Shown in pieces: positions 47,036 through 56,761 of a DNA stretch of 64,000 nt. The stretch comes from Ktedonobacterales bacterium (GTDB taxonomy: Bacteria > Chloroflexota > Ktedonobacteria > Ktedonobacterales > JADMIN01). Positions within the stretch are counted from its first letter, which is position 1, and each line of letters starts with the position of its first letter. The stretch covers positions 1,813-65,812 of the forward strand of contig DATGEP010000303.1 in assembly GCA_035310125.1 (NCBI GenBank), read 5' to 3'. The position numbers and the translations under genes are program-made. The notes beneath the pieces were generated by a model, which ran no database searches, had not been told where the DNA came from, and saw only the letters and a program-made list of their open reading frames with translations.

Positions 47036-48322
47036 TTAGCGCACCGCTTGCCCGATGGACCGGCGAGCCTGCCAGATAGAACCAGCCTGGCTTACGCTGC
47101 CCCACCACGCACGGATGGCGGCGCGCGCGGGCGTCTCGATATATCGGTGGCTCAAGCCCGCCGCGCCCACGACACACATCAGGTAAATCGGTAGCAGCGC
47201 TGGCGCTGTCGGCGGTACATGAAAGGCTCTCTGAGCCAGCCAGGCCAGCCACGCCCATAGCGGCACATGCAGGATATACACGCCGTAGCTCACGTCGCCG
47301 AGCCAGACGCATCCCCGCCGCGACAACAACCTGGCAAGATGCCCCCGCTCCAGCGCCAGCAACGCGATTCCAGCGGCCAGCAGCGGCGCCGCGAGCACTC
47401 GCGTGGGAAGCGCCTCTGGTAGCGGCAGAAATGCGAGTCCGATGACAGCCAGCGCGATTGCCACGAGCGATAGGTCCACAACGATGCCTGTCGCCGCGAA
47501 CACATGACGATCTTCCGGCTCCTCATGGCGGCGAACGAAGAGCAGTCCAAGCGCTACACCCAACGTGAACTCCGGCAGCCGGACGAGCGGGTTATAGTAC
47601 AACACGCGGCTTATCACCCAAATGAGGGAAGGCTGGTGCGATAGATAGCCCAAAGGCGCGAGGACAACCGGCACAACGGCGAACACGACGCAAGAGAGCG
47701 CCGCGGCCATCCACAGCGTTCTGCGCGACCGCGCTGCCAGCGTCACCAGAATGAACGGGAAGAGCAGGTAGCAAAACGCCTCTACCGATAGCGACCACCC
47801 CGGTGGATTCAGCGACGTCCATGTGGTAAGAGGCGGCACCCAGGCTTGCAGCAGCAGCGGCTGTCCAATGATATTGCTTACGAGTCCCGCGAGATGGCGC
47901 TCATGCCAGAGAAACGGGACCATGCCTAGCACCAGACCGAGCAGATACACCGGGTAGATCCGCGCTGCGCGCGCGACCCAGAAGGCGGCCCGGGTCCCAC
48001 GCAGAGCACCTGTTGACGCCATATAGGTGTACGCGAGGATGAAGCCCGACAGCACAAAGAAGCAATCCACGCCAAGCGTACCGCCATACAAGAGTCGTAA
48101 CCACAATGTTGTCGGCGCCCGCTCAGTGACTGGTATGCCATTCGTCGGGCTCCACGTCATGAACACCGCGAAATAGTGATAAAATACCACCGCCAACGCC
48201 GCGACAATGCGCAATCCCGTAAGCGCTGGGAGCTGGTGTCGCTCATCATGTGCTTCGACACGTGGCGTCTGTGCGATCTGTGCGATCTGTGCGACGTGTG
48301 AGCTATAGGACGCCTGAGGCAC
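47036..48322 (-). CDS. Acyltransferase family 3 (OafA-like) integral membrane protein
   Basis: LPALTGLRIVAALAVVFYHYF and about 10 TM segments. GTG at 48322 follows GGAGGGGGAGGGGG. The track start at 48340 is a TTG. Confidence 0.85.
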   Translation of the reverse strand: MPQASYSSHVAQIAQIAQTPRVEAHDERHQLPALTGLRIVAALAVVFYHYFAVFMTWSPTNGIPVTERAPTTLWLRLLYGGTLGVDCFFVLSGFILAYTYMASTGALRGTRAAFWVARAARIYPVYLLGLVLGMVPFLWHERHLAGLVSNIIGQPLLLQAWVPPLTTWTSLNPPGWSLSVEAFCYLLFPFILVTLAARSRRTLWMAAALSCVVFAVVPVVLAPLGYLSHQPSLIWVISRVLYYNPLVRLPEFTLGVALGLLFVRRHEEPEDRHVFAATGIVVDLSLVAIALAVIGLAFLPLPEALPTRVLAAPLLAAGIALLALERGHLARLLSRRGCVWLGDVSYGVYILHVPLWAWLAWLAQRAFHVPPTAPALLPIYLMCVVGAAGLSHRYIETPARAAIRAWWGSVSQAGSIWQARRSIGQAVR

Positions 48323-48472
48323 GGCCCCCTCCCCCTCCAAGAAGCACCCTCGCCGATGCCCCTATCAGCGCCCTTACCATACCCCTTTCCATGTTGCAAT
48401 TGGATGGCGGCATCCTTGAGAAGCGGTGGAGAACGCGCCCCAACACGCCGGAATACGACTCGGCGCACGCTA

Positions 48473-48481
48473 TGCTATAGT
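48473..48481 (+). promoter_or_regulatory. Extended -10 promoter box TGCTATAGT
   Basis: It lies 46 nt upstream of the dienelactone hydrolase ATG. Its CTATGCTATA context is identical to the nuo promoter box. Confidence 0.35.
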
Positions 48482-48526
48482 CACCACAGGTGGCGTTGGC
48501 ACTTCCGAGTTCAGAGAGGATGGACA

Positions 48527-49243
48527 ATGACAGACGACAGCCTCACAAACAAGGGCGACGTTTCGGTGGGCACCATCAGCTACCGCAGCGACGGCAGCAC
48601 GATTGATGGCTACCTCGCTCGCCCCAGCGACGGCGCGGCGCATCCAGGCGTGATCCTCATTCAAGAGTGGTGGGGCATAGACTCACACATCAAAGAGCTG
48701 GCGGAACGCCTGGCGCGGCAAGGATACATCGTGCTCGCGCCCGACCTCTATCACGGGAAAGTCGTCCATGAGCCGGACGAAGCAGGAAAAACAATGATGG
48801 CGCTCAATATGGACAACGCCGTCACCGAGATCCGCCACGGCATAGACGCGCTACAGAGCCGCGACGACGTGGCGCCGAAGAAGCTAGGCATCGTCGGTTT
48901 CTGTATGGGCGGCTACCTCGCCTGGAAAACCGCCGAGGCCGAGAACGGCGAGATCGCCGCGCTGGCGGCATTCTACGGCGCCGGCTACCAGCCCACCGCC
49001 GACGATATTCGCAAGATCACCGCGCCCGTGCTCGCCCAATTCGGCGACGAGGACGCCTCGATCCCCGAAGATCACCGCCGCAACATCGGCACGCTGCTCA
49101 AGCAGGAGGGCAAAATCCACAAGGTGTTAGTCTACCACGCGGGCCACGCCTTCATGAACGACCAGCATGGCGCGGGCGTCCCGGAAGCCGCCGATCAAGC
49201 CTGGGCCGAGCTCCTCGCGTGGTTCAAGCAGTATCTGGGTTGA
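48527..49243 (+). CDS. Dienelactone hydrolase family protein
   Basis: GVILIQEWWG, nucleophile context GIVGFCMGG, and YHAGHAF. ATG at 48527 follows GAGAGGA. Confidence 0.9.
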   Translation: MTDDSLTNKGDVSVGTISYRSDGSTIDGYLARPSDGAAHPGVILIQEWWGIDSHIKELAERLARQGYIVLAPDLYHGKVVHEPDEAGKTMMALNMDNAVTEIRHGIDALQSRDDVAPKKLGIVGFCMGGYLAWKTAEAENGEIAALAAFYGAGYQPTADDIRKITAPVLAQFGDEDASIPEDHRRNIGTLLKQEGKIHKVLVYHAGHAFMNDQHGAGVPEAADQAWAELLAWFKQYLG

Positions 49244-49256
49244 TTCCTGGCGTGTC

Positions 49257-49841
49257 CTACGCCCGTTCGAGCCTGCGCAGCGTCGAATTGATCGCCACCC
49301 GCAGGCTCTCCATCACGCCGCGCCCACTCACCGCCACCGCCTCGAAGCTCGGCGCGCGGAATGGATTGAGATATTGCTCCAGCACCGGGACCGGATGGAT
49401 TCCCGGCAGATCGCGCTTGTTCCACTGCATCACCAGCGGGAAGTCTACGGGGCTTTTGCCCATACGCACCAGCTGCTCCTTCAGCTCATTGAAGCTTTCC
49501 AGATTCTCTTGCAGCTTGCTCGCCTGTGAATCCGCCACGAACACGACACAATCCGCTCCCCGCAGCACCGAGATGCGCGTCTGCTGATACAGCACCTGAC
49601 CGGGAACGGTGTAGAGCTGAAAGCGAATCTGAAATCCGTGATATTGCCCGAGCTCCAGCGGCAGCAGGTCGAAGTACAGCGTGCGCTCGGTCTCGGTGTC
49701 TATCGAGACCATCTCACCAACATCGCGCGGCTGGATCGTTTGGTGGATGAAGTGCAGATTTGTCGTTTTCCCACTGAGGCCAATTCCGTAGTACACAATC
49801 TTACAATTTATCTCGCGTTTGGCCATATTGATGAGCGACAT
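49257..49841 (-). CDS. mglA: MglA-type Ras-like small GTPase
   Basis: Collinear with my recollection of Myxococcus MglA: REINCKIVYYGIGLSGKTTN, ETERTLYFDLLP, LYTVPGQV, WNKRD. AGGAG RBS lies before the ATG at 49841. The ~100-codon track extension is non-coding. Confidence 0.9.
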   Translation of the reverse strand: MSLINMAKREINCKIVYYGIGLSGKTTNLHFIHQTIQPRDVGEMVSIDTETERTLYFDLLPLELGQYHGFQIRFQLYTVPGQVLYQQTRISVLRGADCVVFVADSQASKLQENLESFNELKEQLVRMGKSPVDFPLVMQWNKRDLPGIHPVPVLEQYLNPFRAPSFEAVAVSGRGVMESLRVAINSTLRRLERA

Positions 49842-50055
49842 GATGGCTCCTGCCTCAGTGTAGCTTTGACACCCATTATTGCCCTGAAGACCACCCCTGA
49901 CGTCACGCCTGGCTTGCGCGCCCCACTCTTCAGGCAGTGCTATTGTATCGTACACCGCGCGGAATGCAAGCACGCCAAACGTCCCATTGCGCCAGCCGAG
50001 CCGCGTGGCACATTCGTGTGCTCCGTGCGCGCGCCTGCCCCATCCCGGCGCCGCG

Positions 50056-50445
50056 TCAGCCGTCAGCCCGCGCGAGCCTCGCGAGAAAGCGGTCCAACAG
50101 CACCCGCGCCCGCTCATGCGTCCCCTCGCCGATGAGCTGCTGGTCATCGCGCGCGGTTACCTGGAACACCAGCCGGCGCCCGTCAATCTCTACCAGCTCT
50201 GCCGTTGCCACCACATGACCACCAACGGGGGTTGCCGCGAGATGCCGCACGTTTACCAGCGTTCCAACCGTCGTCTCACCCTCGTTCATGTGTGGCTGCG
50301 CCAGCCGCCATGCCGCGTTCTCCATCAGCCCGATCATCACCGGTGTCCCCAAGACATGCACCCCGCCCGCGCCAAACGCCGCCGCCGTCTCCTTCTCGCT
50401 CACCACCAGCTCCGCCTCGCCGCGCATACCCACCTCAAGCGCCAT
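50056..50445 (-). CDS. Hotdog-fold thioesterase
   Basis: VLGTPVMIGLMENAA...VGTLVNVRHLAATPVG...VEIDGRRLVFQV. ATG at 50445 lies 6 nt after AGGAGA. Confidence 0.7.
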   Translation of the reverse strand: MALEVGMRGEAELVVSEKETAAAFGAGGVHVLGTPVMIGLMENAAWRLAQPHMNEGETTVGTLVNVRHLAATPVGGHVVATAELVEIDGRRLVFQVTARDDQQLIGEGTHERARVLLDRFLARLARADG

Positions 50446-50757
50446 CGCTCGTCTCCTCATTGCTTTGCGCCACACGCATTACCCATCTCCAGCGCATTGT
50501 AGCATGCCGCACCCACGCCTCTCGCCAATTGCGCCTTCCGCGTAGAAGCTTCCTTCTCGTGTCCTTCGACCCCTTCGTTATCTCCCAGGTGAGACTCATC
50601 CATCCTGGTCCCAGGCGCGTTGACGGCCCATGCGATACAATGGATAATGGCGAAGCTTGGAGGAGTGGCAGATTCCTTGCGCCAAATCATGCGTGGAGTA
50701 GCAGGACCTATGCAGCAGATAGATAGCGCGGCGCATCCGGGGCCAGAGGTTGCCCAG

Positions 50758-51720
50758 ATGGCGCAAGACCCACAAACGCGCCTCGGCATTACCATCGTCG
50801 TCCCGGTCTACAACGAGGAAGAGAGCCTCCGCCCGCTCTATGAAGCGCTCAGCCACCAGCTCTATCAGCTCGGTGTCAGCTACGAGATCATCTTCGTAGA
50901 CGACGGCAGCAGCGACGGCTCATTCACTGTTCTGCAAGCGCTGCACGATATGGACTCCCGTGTCCGCGTCGTTCGCTTCCGCCGCAACTTCGGCAAGACG
51001 CCTGCGCTCGTCAAGGGCTTCTCCCTGGCGCGGGGCGAGATTGTCTTCACGCTCGATGCCGACCTGCAAGACGACCCGACCGAGATCCCCGCCTTCCTCA
51101 ACAAGCTGGCGGAAGGCTACGACCTCGTTTCCGGCTGGAAATATCCCCGCCACGACCCTATCACCAAGACGCTGCCCTCCTTCTTCTTCAACCGCATGGT
51201 CCGCACCACCACCGGCGTGAAGCTCCACGATATGAACTGTGGCTTCAAAGCCTACCGCCGCGAGATCCTCGATGAGGTCAAGCTCTATGGGGAGCTGCAC
51301 CGCTTCATCCCGGTGCTTGCCCAGCAGCGCGGCTTCCGTGTCACCGAAGTCAAGGTCCACCACCACAAGCGCAAGTACGGCAAATCCAAGTTCGGCGCGC
51401 GCCGCTTCCTGCGCGGCTTTTTGGATTTGCTCATGGTGCTCTTCCTCATGACCTACCTGCGCACGCCCCTCCGTCTCTTCGGCACCATCGGCTTCCTTTC
51501 AACCCTCATCGGCATCGGCATTGATCTCTACGTCGTGCTGGATCGTTTCCTGCCATTCGGCTCGCACGAGCAGATCCACAACCGCCCGATTCTCTGGGTT
51601 GGTCTCGTGCTCATGATCTTCGGCATCAGCTTTATCCTTACCGGACTGCAAAGCGAGATGATCCGCCACTTCGCCTACCGGCCCGAAGAAGAATACAGCG
51701 TCAAACAGGTGCTGGGATGA
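50758..51720 (+). CDS. GT2 polyprenyl-phosphate glycosyltransferase (GtrB/ArnC/Dpm1-like) with two C-terminal TM helices
   Basis: IVVPVYNEEESL, IFVDDGSSDGS, TLDADLQDDP, and C-terminal TM segments. The start is uncertain; alternatives are the ATG at 50710 and the TTG at 50620. Confidence 0.9.
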   Translation: MAQDPQTRLGITIVVPVYNEEESLRPLYEALSHQLYQLGVSYEIIFVDDGSSDGSFTVLQALHDMDSRVRVVRFRRNFGKTPALVKGFSLARGEIVFTLDADLQDDPTEIPAFLNKLAEGYDLVSGWKYPRHDPITKTLPSFFFNRMVRTTTGVKLHDMNCGFKAYRREILDEVKLYGELHRFIPVLAQQRGFRVTEVKVHHHKRKYGKSKFGARRFLRGFLDLLMVLFLMTYLRTPLRLFGTIGFLSTLIGIGIDLYVVLDRFLPFGSHEQIHNRPILWVGLVLMIFGISFILTGLQSEMIRHFAYRPEEEYSVKQVLG

Positions 51721-52814
51721 GCCTACCACCCGTGGAGCGCTCCGAGACACCATCCATGCTCAGCGAAACGCCCGCTGCCACCGGCCTCCTGAGTCGCGCC
51801 ATGCGCCTCTTCAAGCGCTACAAGCGCTTCGTGCAGGTGGTCGTGCTCCTGGGCATCGCCATCGGTCTCGGCAGCATCGTCTGGAAAAGCTGGTCGCGGC
51901 TCTCTACGTATTCCTGGCACGTCCAGTGGGGCCTGCTGATCGCTGGTTTCGCCCTCTTCGTCGCGCAGGAGCTTTCCTTCGCCTTCATCTGGCGCGGCAT
52001 CCTTCAGCGTATGGGTAGCCGCCTGGACATCCTCTCCAGCCAGCGGATCTACCTGGGCGCCGAGTTCGTCCGCTACATCCCTGGCAACGTCTGGCATATC
52101 ATCACGCGCGTCCTCTGGGCTGAGCAGCGTGGCGTGCCCAAGGCAATCGGCTTTGCCAGCATGGTTGTCGAGCTCGCGACCAAGCTCGCTTCCGCCGCGC
52201 TCGTCTTCGCGCTCAGCCTCTTCTTCTGGTCCGATATCTCAGCTATCGGCGCCGGTTTCCCGGCGTCATCTGGCGCGCATAGCCTCATCGGCGCCATCTC
52301 CGCCCAGGACTTCATCGTCGCGGGCGCCGTCTTCACCATCCTCGTGCTCGTTGGTCTCCAGCCGCGCCTGCTGCGTGGCGCCCTGAATTTTGCCATGCGT
52401 AAGACCGGGCGCGATCCAGTTCGTTTCACCCTTACCTACCGCGACATCCTGGTCATCGCGCTCTATTGGGCGCTCAGTTGGCTCGTCGTCGGCGCTGGAT
52501 TCTACCTGCTCATCCAATCGCTGGTGTCCACACCGGTTCCGCTGGTGGCACTGCCCATCGCCATCGGCATCTATGCGCTCGGTTGGGATGTCGGCTTCGT
52601 GTCGTTCATCACGCCGAGCGGCCTGGGGTTCCGCGAGCTGGCGATTGCCATTCTGCTCGCGGCTTCCCTGCCCGGCTTCGTTTCCGCCGACATCGGGGTT
52701 GTCATCGCCCTGTTGGCCCGGCTCCTCTCGACTGGCGCCGAGCTTCTCTGTATCGCGGGCGCACACGCCATTCGCGGCGCTCCCCTCCCGACGACTCCGG
52801 CTGGGCAAAACTAG
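51717..52814 (+). CDS. UPF0104 / LPG-synthase-TM (flippase-like) membrane protein
   Basis: The ATG overlaps the GT2 stop (ATGA at 51717-51720). FAFIWRGILQRMG...FVRYIPGNVWHIITRV with 8 or more TM segments. Confidence 0.75.
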   Translation: MSLPPVERSETPSMLSETPAATGLLSRAMRLFKRYKRFVQVVVLLGIAIGLGSIVWKSWSRLSTYSWHVQWGLLIAGFALFVAQELSFAFIWRGILQRMGSRLDILSSQRIYLGAEFVRYIPGNVWHIITRVLWAEQRGVPKAIGFASMVVELATKLASAALVFALSLFFWSDISAIGAGFPASSGAHSLIGAISAQDFIVAGAVFTILVLVGLQPRLLRGALNFAMRKTGRDPVRFTLTYRDILVIALYWALSWLVVGAGFYLLIQSLVSTPVPLVALPIAIGIYALGWDVGFVSFITPSGLGFRELAIAILLAASLPGFVSADIGVVIALLARLLSTGAELLCIAGAHAIRGAPLPTTPAGQN

Positions 52815-52850
52815 CGCCAACCATACAATATATCGTTCTGCCTACAGTCA

Positions 52851-52886
52851 CCCTCTCCGCACACGGAGAGAGGGCCGGGGGTGAGG
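52851..52886 (+). repeat. Hairpin plus GGCCGGGGGTGAGG element, copy 3 (ends 4 nt before the DUF2079 TTG)
   Basis: CCCTCTCCGcacaCGGAGAGAGGGCCGGGGGTGAGG. The core lies at 52873-52886. Confidence 0.8.
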
Positions 52887-52890
52887 TGCT

Positions 52891-55275
52891 TTGGCTTCGA
52901 CAGACGTGGAACAAGGAACGCCGGATAGCGGTGGCACATTCGGTGCGCCATTCGGTACGGCACGCCCTGGACGCTGGCGCGCGCTGCGCGCCTCACCTCG
53001 CCTGCGCCGCCTGTACGCCTGGATCGCCAAACCCTACGACGATCTACCCCCCGCGCCAGAAGGCCGCGCCGGTCGTGTCGCGATGGTGCTAGTCGCCGCG
53101 TTAGCCGTCGCCTTCGTCGTCTTCTTCACGGCCTACCTCTGGTCGCTGCAGGACGCCTATCTCACCCACGCCGAAGACCTCGGCATCATGGATCAGGCCC
53201 TCTGGAATACTGTCCACGGCGCACCTTTGCACCAGACCATCTGCAATATCGTCAACGATTCCAACTGCCTTGGTGATATCTCCCGGCTCGCCATCCATTT
53301 CGAGCCGATCATGTTCCCCATCAGTCTGCTCTACCTTTTCGCCCCTTCACCGAAGACCATCCAGTTTGTGCAGGCCCTCATTGTCGCCACAGGCGCCTTT
53401 CCCGCGTATTGGCTCGCCAGCCGCAAGCTCCGCAGCGCCTACGCCGGAGTCGTCTTTGCCGCTATCTATCTCCTCTACCCCTCGCTCGAAGCCGCCGTCA
53501 CCTACGACTTCCACGCCGTCACGCTCGCCGCCGCCTTCCTCATGTTCGCGCTCTACTTCATGCTCTCGCGCAACAATATCGGCCTCATCATCGCATGTCT
53601 GCTCGCGCTTTCCACCAAAGAGGAGATTGTCGTAGACATCGCGATGATCGCGCTGTGTATCCTGCTGTTTCAGCGCCGCTGGCGCCTCAGCGCGGGACTT
53701 TTCGCGCTCTCCCTGGTGTGGCTCATCGTGGAGCTGGCGATCATGCACGCCGCCAGTCCGCTTGGCCACTCTCCCACCGCTGGCCGCTACACGTACCTTG
53801 GCCACGGACCTGCCCAGGCCGCCCTCTACATCCTCACTCACCCAATCCAGATACTGCGCCAGCATGTGCTTGACGCCAGCCACATCCTCTACCTGCGCAT
53901 TCTCTTCGCGCCGCTCGCCTATCTGGCGTTGCTCAGCCCGCTCACACTCGCCATCGCCATTCCCGCCCTTGGCATCAACCTGCTCAGCACAGACCCATCC
54001 ATGTACTCCGGCTCATATCAGTACAATGCCGAGATCGTTCCCGTACTCATCCTCTCCACCATCCAGGCCGTCGCCTACCTCAGCGAAGCGGTAGCCTGGC
54101 TTGCCGCGCGACTCCAACCCGCCCTCGCTCGCACCACGTCCGTCACCGCTGCCCCCGTAGATGCCGCAGCCGCGAGCCGCGAGACAGACGTGCGCGACAG
54201 TCCACTCTCGGCGCTCGTTGCGCGCCTGTCGCGGCCCGGCGCCACACATAACGTCCCCTCCGTGATCTTGCGGGCCCTTCGTATCCGCCGCGTTGAGCCT
54301 CACCGCTCGTCGCACGCCTCGACCATGGCGGTGACGCTCCCCGCTCGCCTTGCAATGCTTACCCTCACACTGCTCGTCCTCTTCTTCGGTATCTACGAGC
54401 AGCGCGACCGTGGCTACCTGCCCATCGCCCACGGATTCACCTGGCCGCAAGCCACCGCTCACAGCCAGCTCGCCGATAGCCTGCTTGGCCTGATCCCACC
54501 GGACGCCAGTGTCTCCGCCCAGTCCGATCTCGTGCCGCATATCAGCCATCGCCGCTACGTCTATATGTATCCATACCACTGGTCGGATGCCGACTACATC
54601 TTTCTAGATGTCACCGGCAACCTGTACCCCTACCCATTTCTTTCCGGAGCCTACTTTCGCGATGTCGCACAGCTTCTCGATCGTGGCTCATACCATGTCG
54701 TGGCCGCCACTGACGGCTACATCTTGCTCGCCAAAGGCCGCGGCGTCGCTCTCGATCCCGCCAACCCCTTTGGCTTACCAGACTCCTTCTTTACCTTCAT
54801 GCGCCTGGGCGCTTCCCCAGCCGTTCCCAATCCGGTAGATATTACGTACGGATCGTCGCTGCACCTCGTCGGTTACCAGGTCATCCCCGCCGGGCGCATT
54901 CCCGTCAATACCGCCGTTTCCATCACCACCTACTGGCGTGTCACGGCGCCGCTGCCGGGCATCTACTATCCCCAGCTCGTCTTCACGCGGCAAAACGGCG
55001 CGCAAGATATCATCGCCGACTTCGCGGCCACCTCCTGGCTGCCGATGAATCGCTGGCAACCCGGCCAGACGTTCGCCGTCACTAGCTGGCCGCTCTTCAT
55101 CGGCGGGGCCGATTTCGGCCGGTTACGAATCGGCGTGCGCGTCATGGATGCATCCATGTCCAACGTGCCGCCTGCCGCTATCCCGCCCGCGTTCGGCGCT
55201 GGCGGCTCGAACGCCTCCATTGCGCTCTTCCAGGCAGCGCAAGCCGTCTTCTTCGACCAAAAGATTACCAGGTAA
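52891..55275 (+). CDS. DUF2079-family polytopic membrane protein (GT-C-like) with a large C-terminal extracytoplasmic domain
   Basis: EDLGIMDQALWNTVHGAPL...LAIHFEPIMFPISLLYLFAPSPKTIQFVQALIVATGAFPAYWLA matches my memory of DUF2079. The start is uncertain: TTG at 52891 or ATG at 53083. Confidence 0.65.
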   Translation: MASTDVEQGTPDSGGTFGAPFGTARPGRWRALRASPRLRRLYAWIAKPYDDLPPAPEGRAGRVAMVLVAALAVAFVVFFTAYLWSLQDAYLTHAEDLGIMDQALWNTVHGAPLHQTICNIVNDSNCLGDISRLAIHFEPIMFPISLLYLFAPSPKTIQFVQALIVATGAFPAYWLASRKLRSAYAGVVFAAIYLLYPSLEAAVTYDFHAVTLAAAFLMFALYFMLSRNNIGLIIACLLALSTKEEIVVDIAMIALCILLFQRRWRLSAGLFALSLVWLIVELAIMHAASPLGHSPTAGRYTYLGHGPAQAALYILTHPIQILRQHVLDASHILYLRILFAPLAYLALLSPLTLAIAIPALGINLLSTDPSMYSGSYQYNAEIVPVLILSTIQAVAYLSEAVAWLAARLQPALARTTSVTAAPVDAAAASRETDVRDSPLSALVARLSRPGATHNVPSVILRALRIRRVEPHRSSHASTMAVTLPARLAMLTLTLLVLFFGIYEQRDRGYLPIAHGFTWPQATAHSQLADSLLGLIPPDASVSAQSDLVPHISHRRYVYMYPYHWSDADYIFLDVTGNLYPYPFLSGAYFRDVAQLLDRGSYHVVAATDGYILLAKGRGVALDPANPFGLPDSFFTFMRLGASPAVPNPVDITYGSSLHLVGYQVIPAGRIPVNTAVSITTYWRVTAPLPGIYYPQLVFTRQNGAQDIIADFAATSWLPMNRWQPGQTFAVTSWPLFIGGADFGRLRIGVRVMDASMSNVPPAAIPPAFGAGGSNASIALFQAAQAVFFDQKITR

Positions 55276-55510
55276 TCTCACGGCTCATCCGTCTGAGCCG
55301 CGATCTGGGCGTGCCAGTCTCGCCCTCCATCGGCGCGCCTGGCGTGGTCCCGGCGCGCCTGCCCGTACGCGCTTGATCCCCAGACTCCACGTGCGCGTGA
55401 CGGCGCAGTCCTCCGGGATGGAGAGATACCACAGCCTCGCTGCTGTACCTTAGTGCACACGGCTCGGCATCCGCCGGTCCGGCCTGCGTCTGTGCGCCGC
55501 CAGGTTTCCG

Positions 55511-56362
55511 CTAGCTGCGTTGCCCAATGAGCTGCAGCCAGATTCGTGGCACATCATCGAGCTGTAGCTCCGCGAACGCCTCTGCCGCCGCGTATTCCAA
55601 TGCATCCGCGCCGATCGGAATGGGCACGCCGGGGAGCGCGCCCTCGATGAAGAGCCAGTAGCGCCCAATATCCTGCCAGGAGCGCAACGGCATCAGCGCT
55701 ACTTCCAGCTCGCTGCTCACCACATGCAGGCCGCTTTGCTCGATCAGCACGGCGTAATCATCCGCCGTGAGCCACTGCATCGCCGTGACCTTGCCGTTGC
55801 GCGAGAGGCGCGCTTCAGGATGATTCTTGCGCAGCCAGCCCAGAGCGCGCCGTGTCCAGAGATGGTAGAATCGCTCGCTGCCCGGCGCGTAAGCACCGTC
55901 AAAGAAGGAGCTATTACACGCGAAGAAGCCGCGCGGCCCCAGCACGCGCGCGATCTTGCCGATCACCTCGCGCTTGTCCGGGATGAGATGAATCGCGTTG
56001 CAGAAAAAGACCGCATCCGCCTGGGGCACGATCTCCGCCAGCCGGTCCACATCTCCCTGCTGGAATGCTACCTCGCGTCCCATAAGCCGGTCGCGAGCGA
56101 CGGCAATGGCCTCGAATGATGGTTCCACGCCGGTGACATCGGCAGGTCGTCCGCGTCGCTCCAGCTCATCCAGAATCAACTCCGTCACAGCGCCCGTTCC
56201 CGACGCCAGCTCCACGATGCGCACGCGCTGGCCCTCGGGCCGGTCCGCGTCTAACCGGCCAATGGCGGTGCGTACCAGCGACTCGTTGACATCATGATAA
56301 AACTGATGCTGCGCGAACGGATCGAACGTGTAGCTGCTCGCGATCAGTGGTGTTTCGGCCAT
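55511..56362 (-). CDS. Class I SAM-dependent methyltransferase
   Basis: Motif I RIVELASGTGAVT and post-I DVTGVEPS. ATG at 56362. The track extension to 56578 looks non-coding. Confidence 0.8.
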   Translation of the reverse strand: MAETPLIASSYTFDPFAQHQFYHDVNESLVRTAIGRLDADRPEGQRVRIVELASGTGAVTELILDELERRGRPADVTGVEPSFEAIAVARDRLMGREVAFQQGDVDRLAEIVPQADAVFFCNAIHLIPDKREVIGKIARVLGPRGFFACNSSFFDGAYAPGSERFYHLWTRRALGWLRKNHPEARLSRNGKVTAMQWLTADDYAVLIEQSGLHVVSSELEVALMPLRSWQDIGRYWLFIEGALPGVPIPIGADALEYAAAEAFAELQLDDVPRIWLQLIGQRS

Positions 56363-56761
56363 GCGCTTACCCTTGAAGTCGAATTGCCCGGGTGGGCGGA
56401 GCGTCTCTCGTACCGACAAAGCCCGGATCGGTATTGCGCTAGCGAGCGGTGCTCGCCGGACGCGCCTATCCAGGGTTCCCGCCGAAACGTAGCGTGCTCT
56501 TGAGAGAAGGCGGGACAAGAGCATCAATAGCGTTGGAGCATGCGCCGCGACAAAATGTTTCAGGAGTCTCACACGCATTTGCTGGCCGCAATCACGCCCC
56601 CCAAAACGGCAGACGGCGCGACCTCCCGTTGCTGATGAACCCTTGTTGGGTGCATGCTGGCCGGCAAACCGGAGTCAGGGGTATACTCAGTTGGAGTGGC
56701 ATGCGCCAGATGCCAACACGAGATGAGACAGATGAGACATCAATAGGAGCGGAATCAACGA

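Noticed and set aside
56680-56745. tRNA-like segment: ACTCAGTTGGAGT D-arm-like and GGCAT-GCGCCAG-ATGCC anticodon-arm-like.
   Set aside because: There is no T-arm (GTTCRANYC) and no acceptor pairing, and position 33 of the putative anticodon loop is C rather than U.
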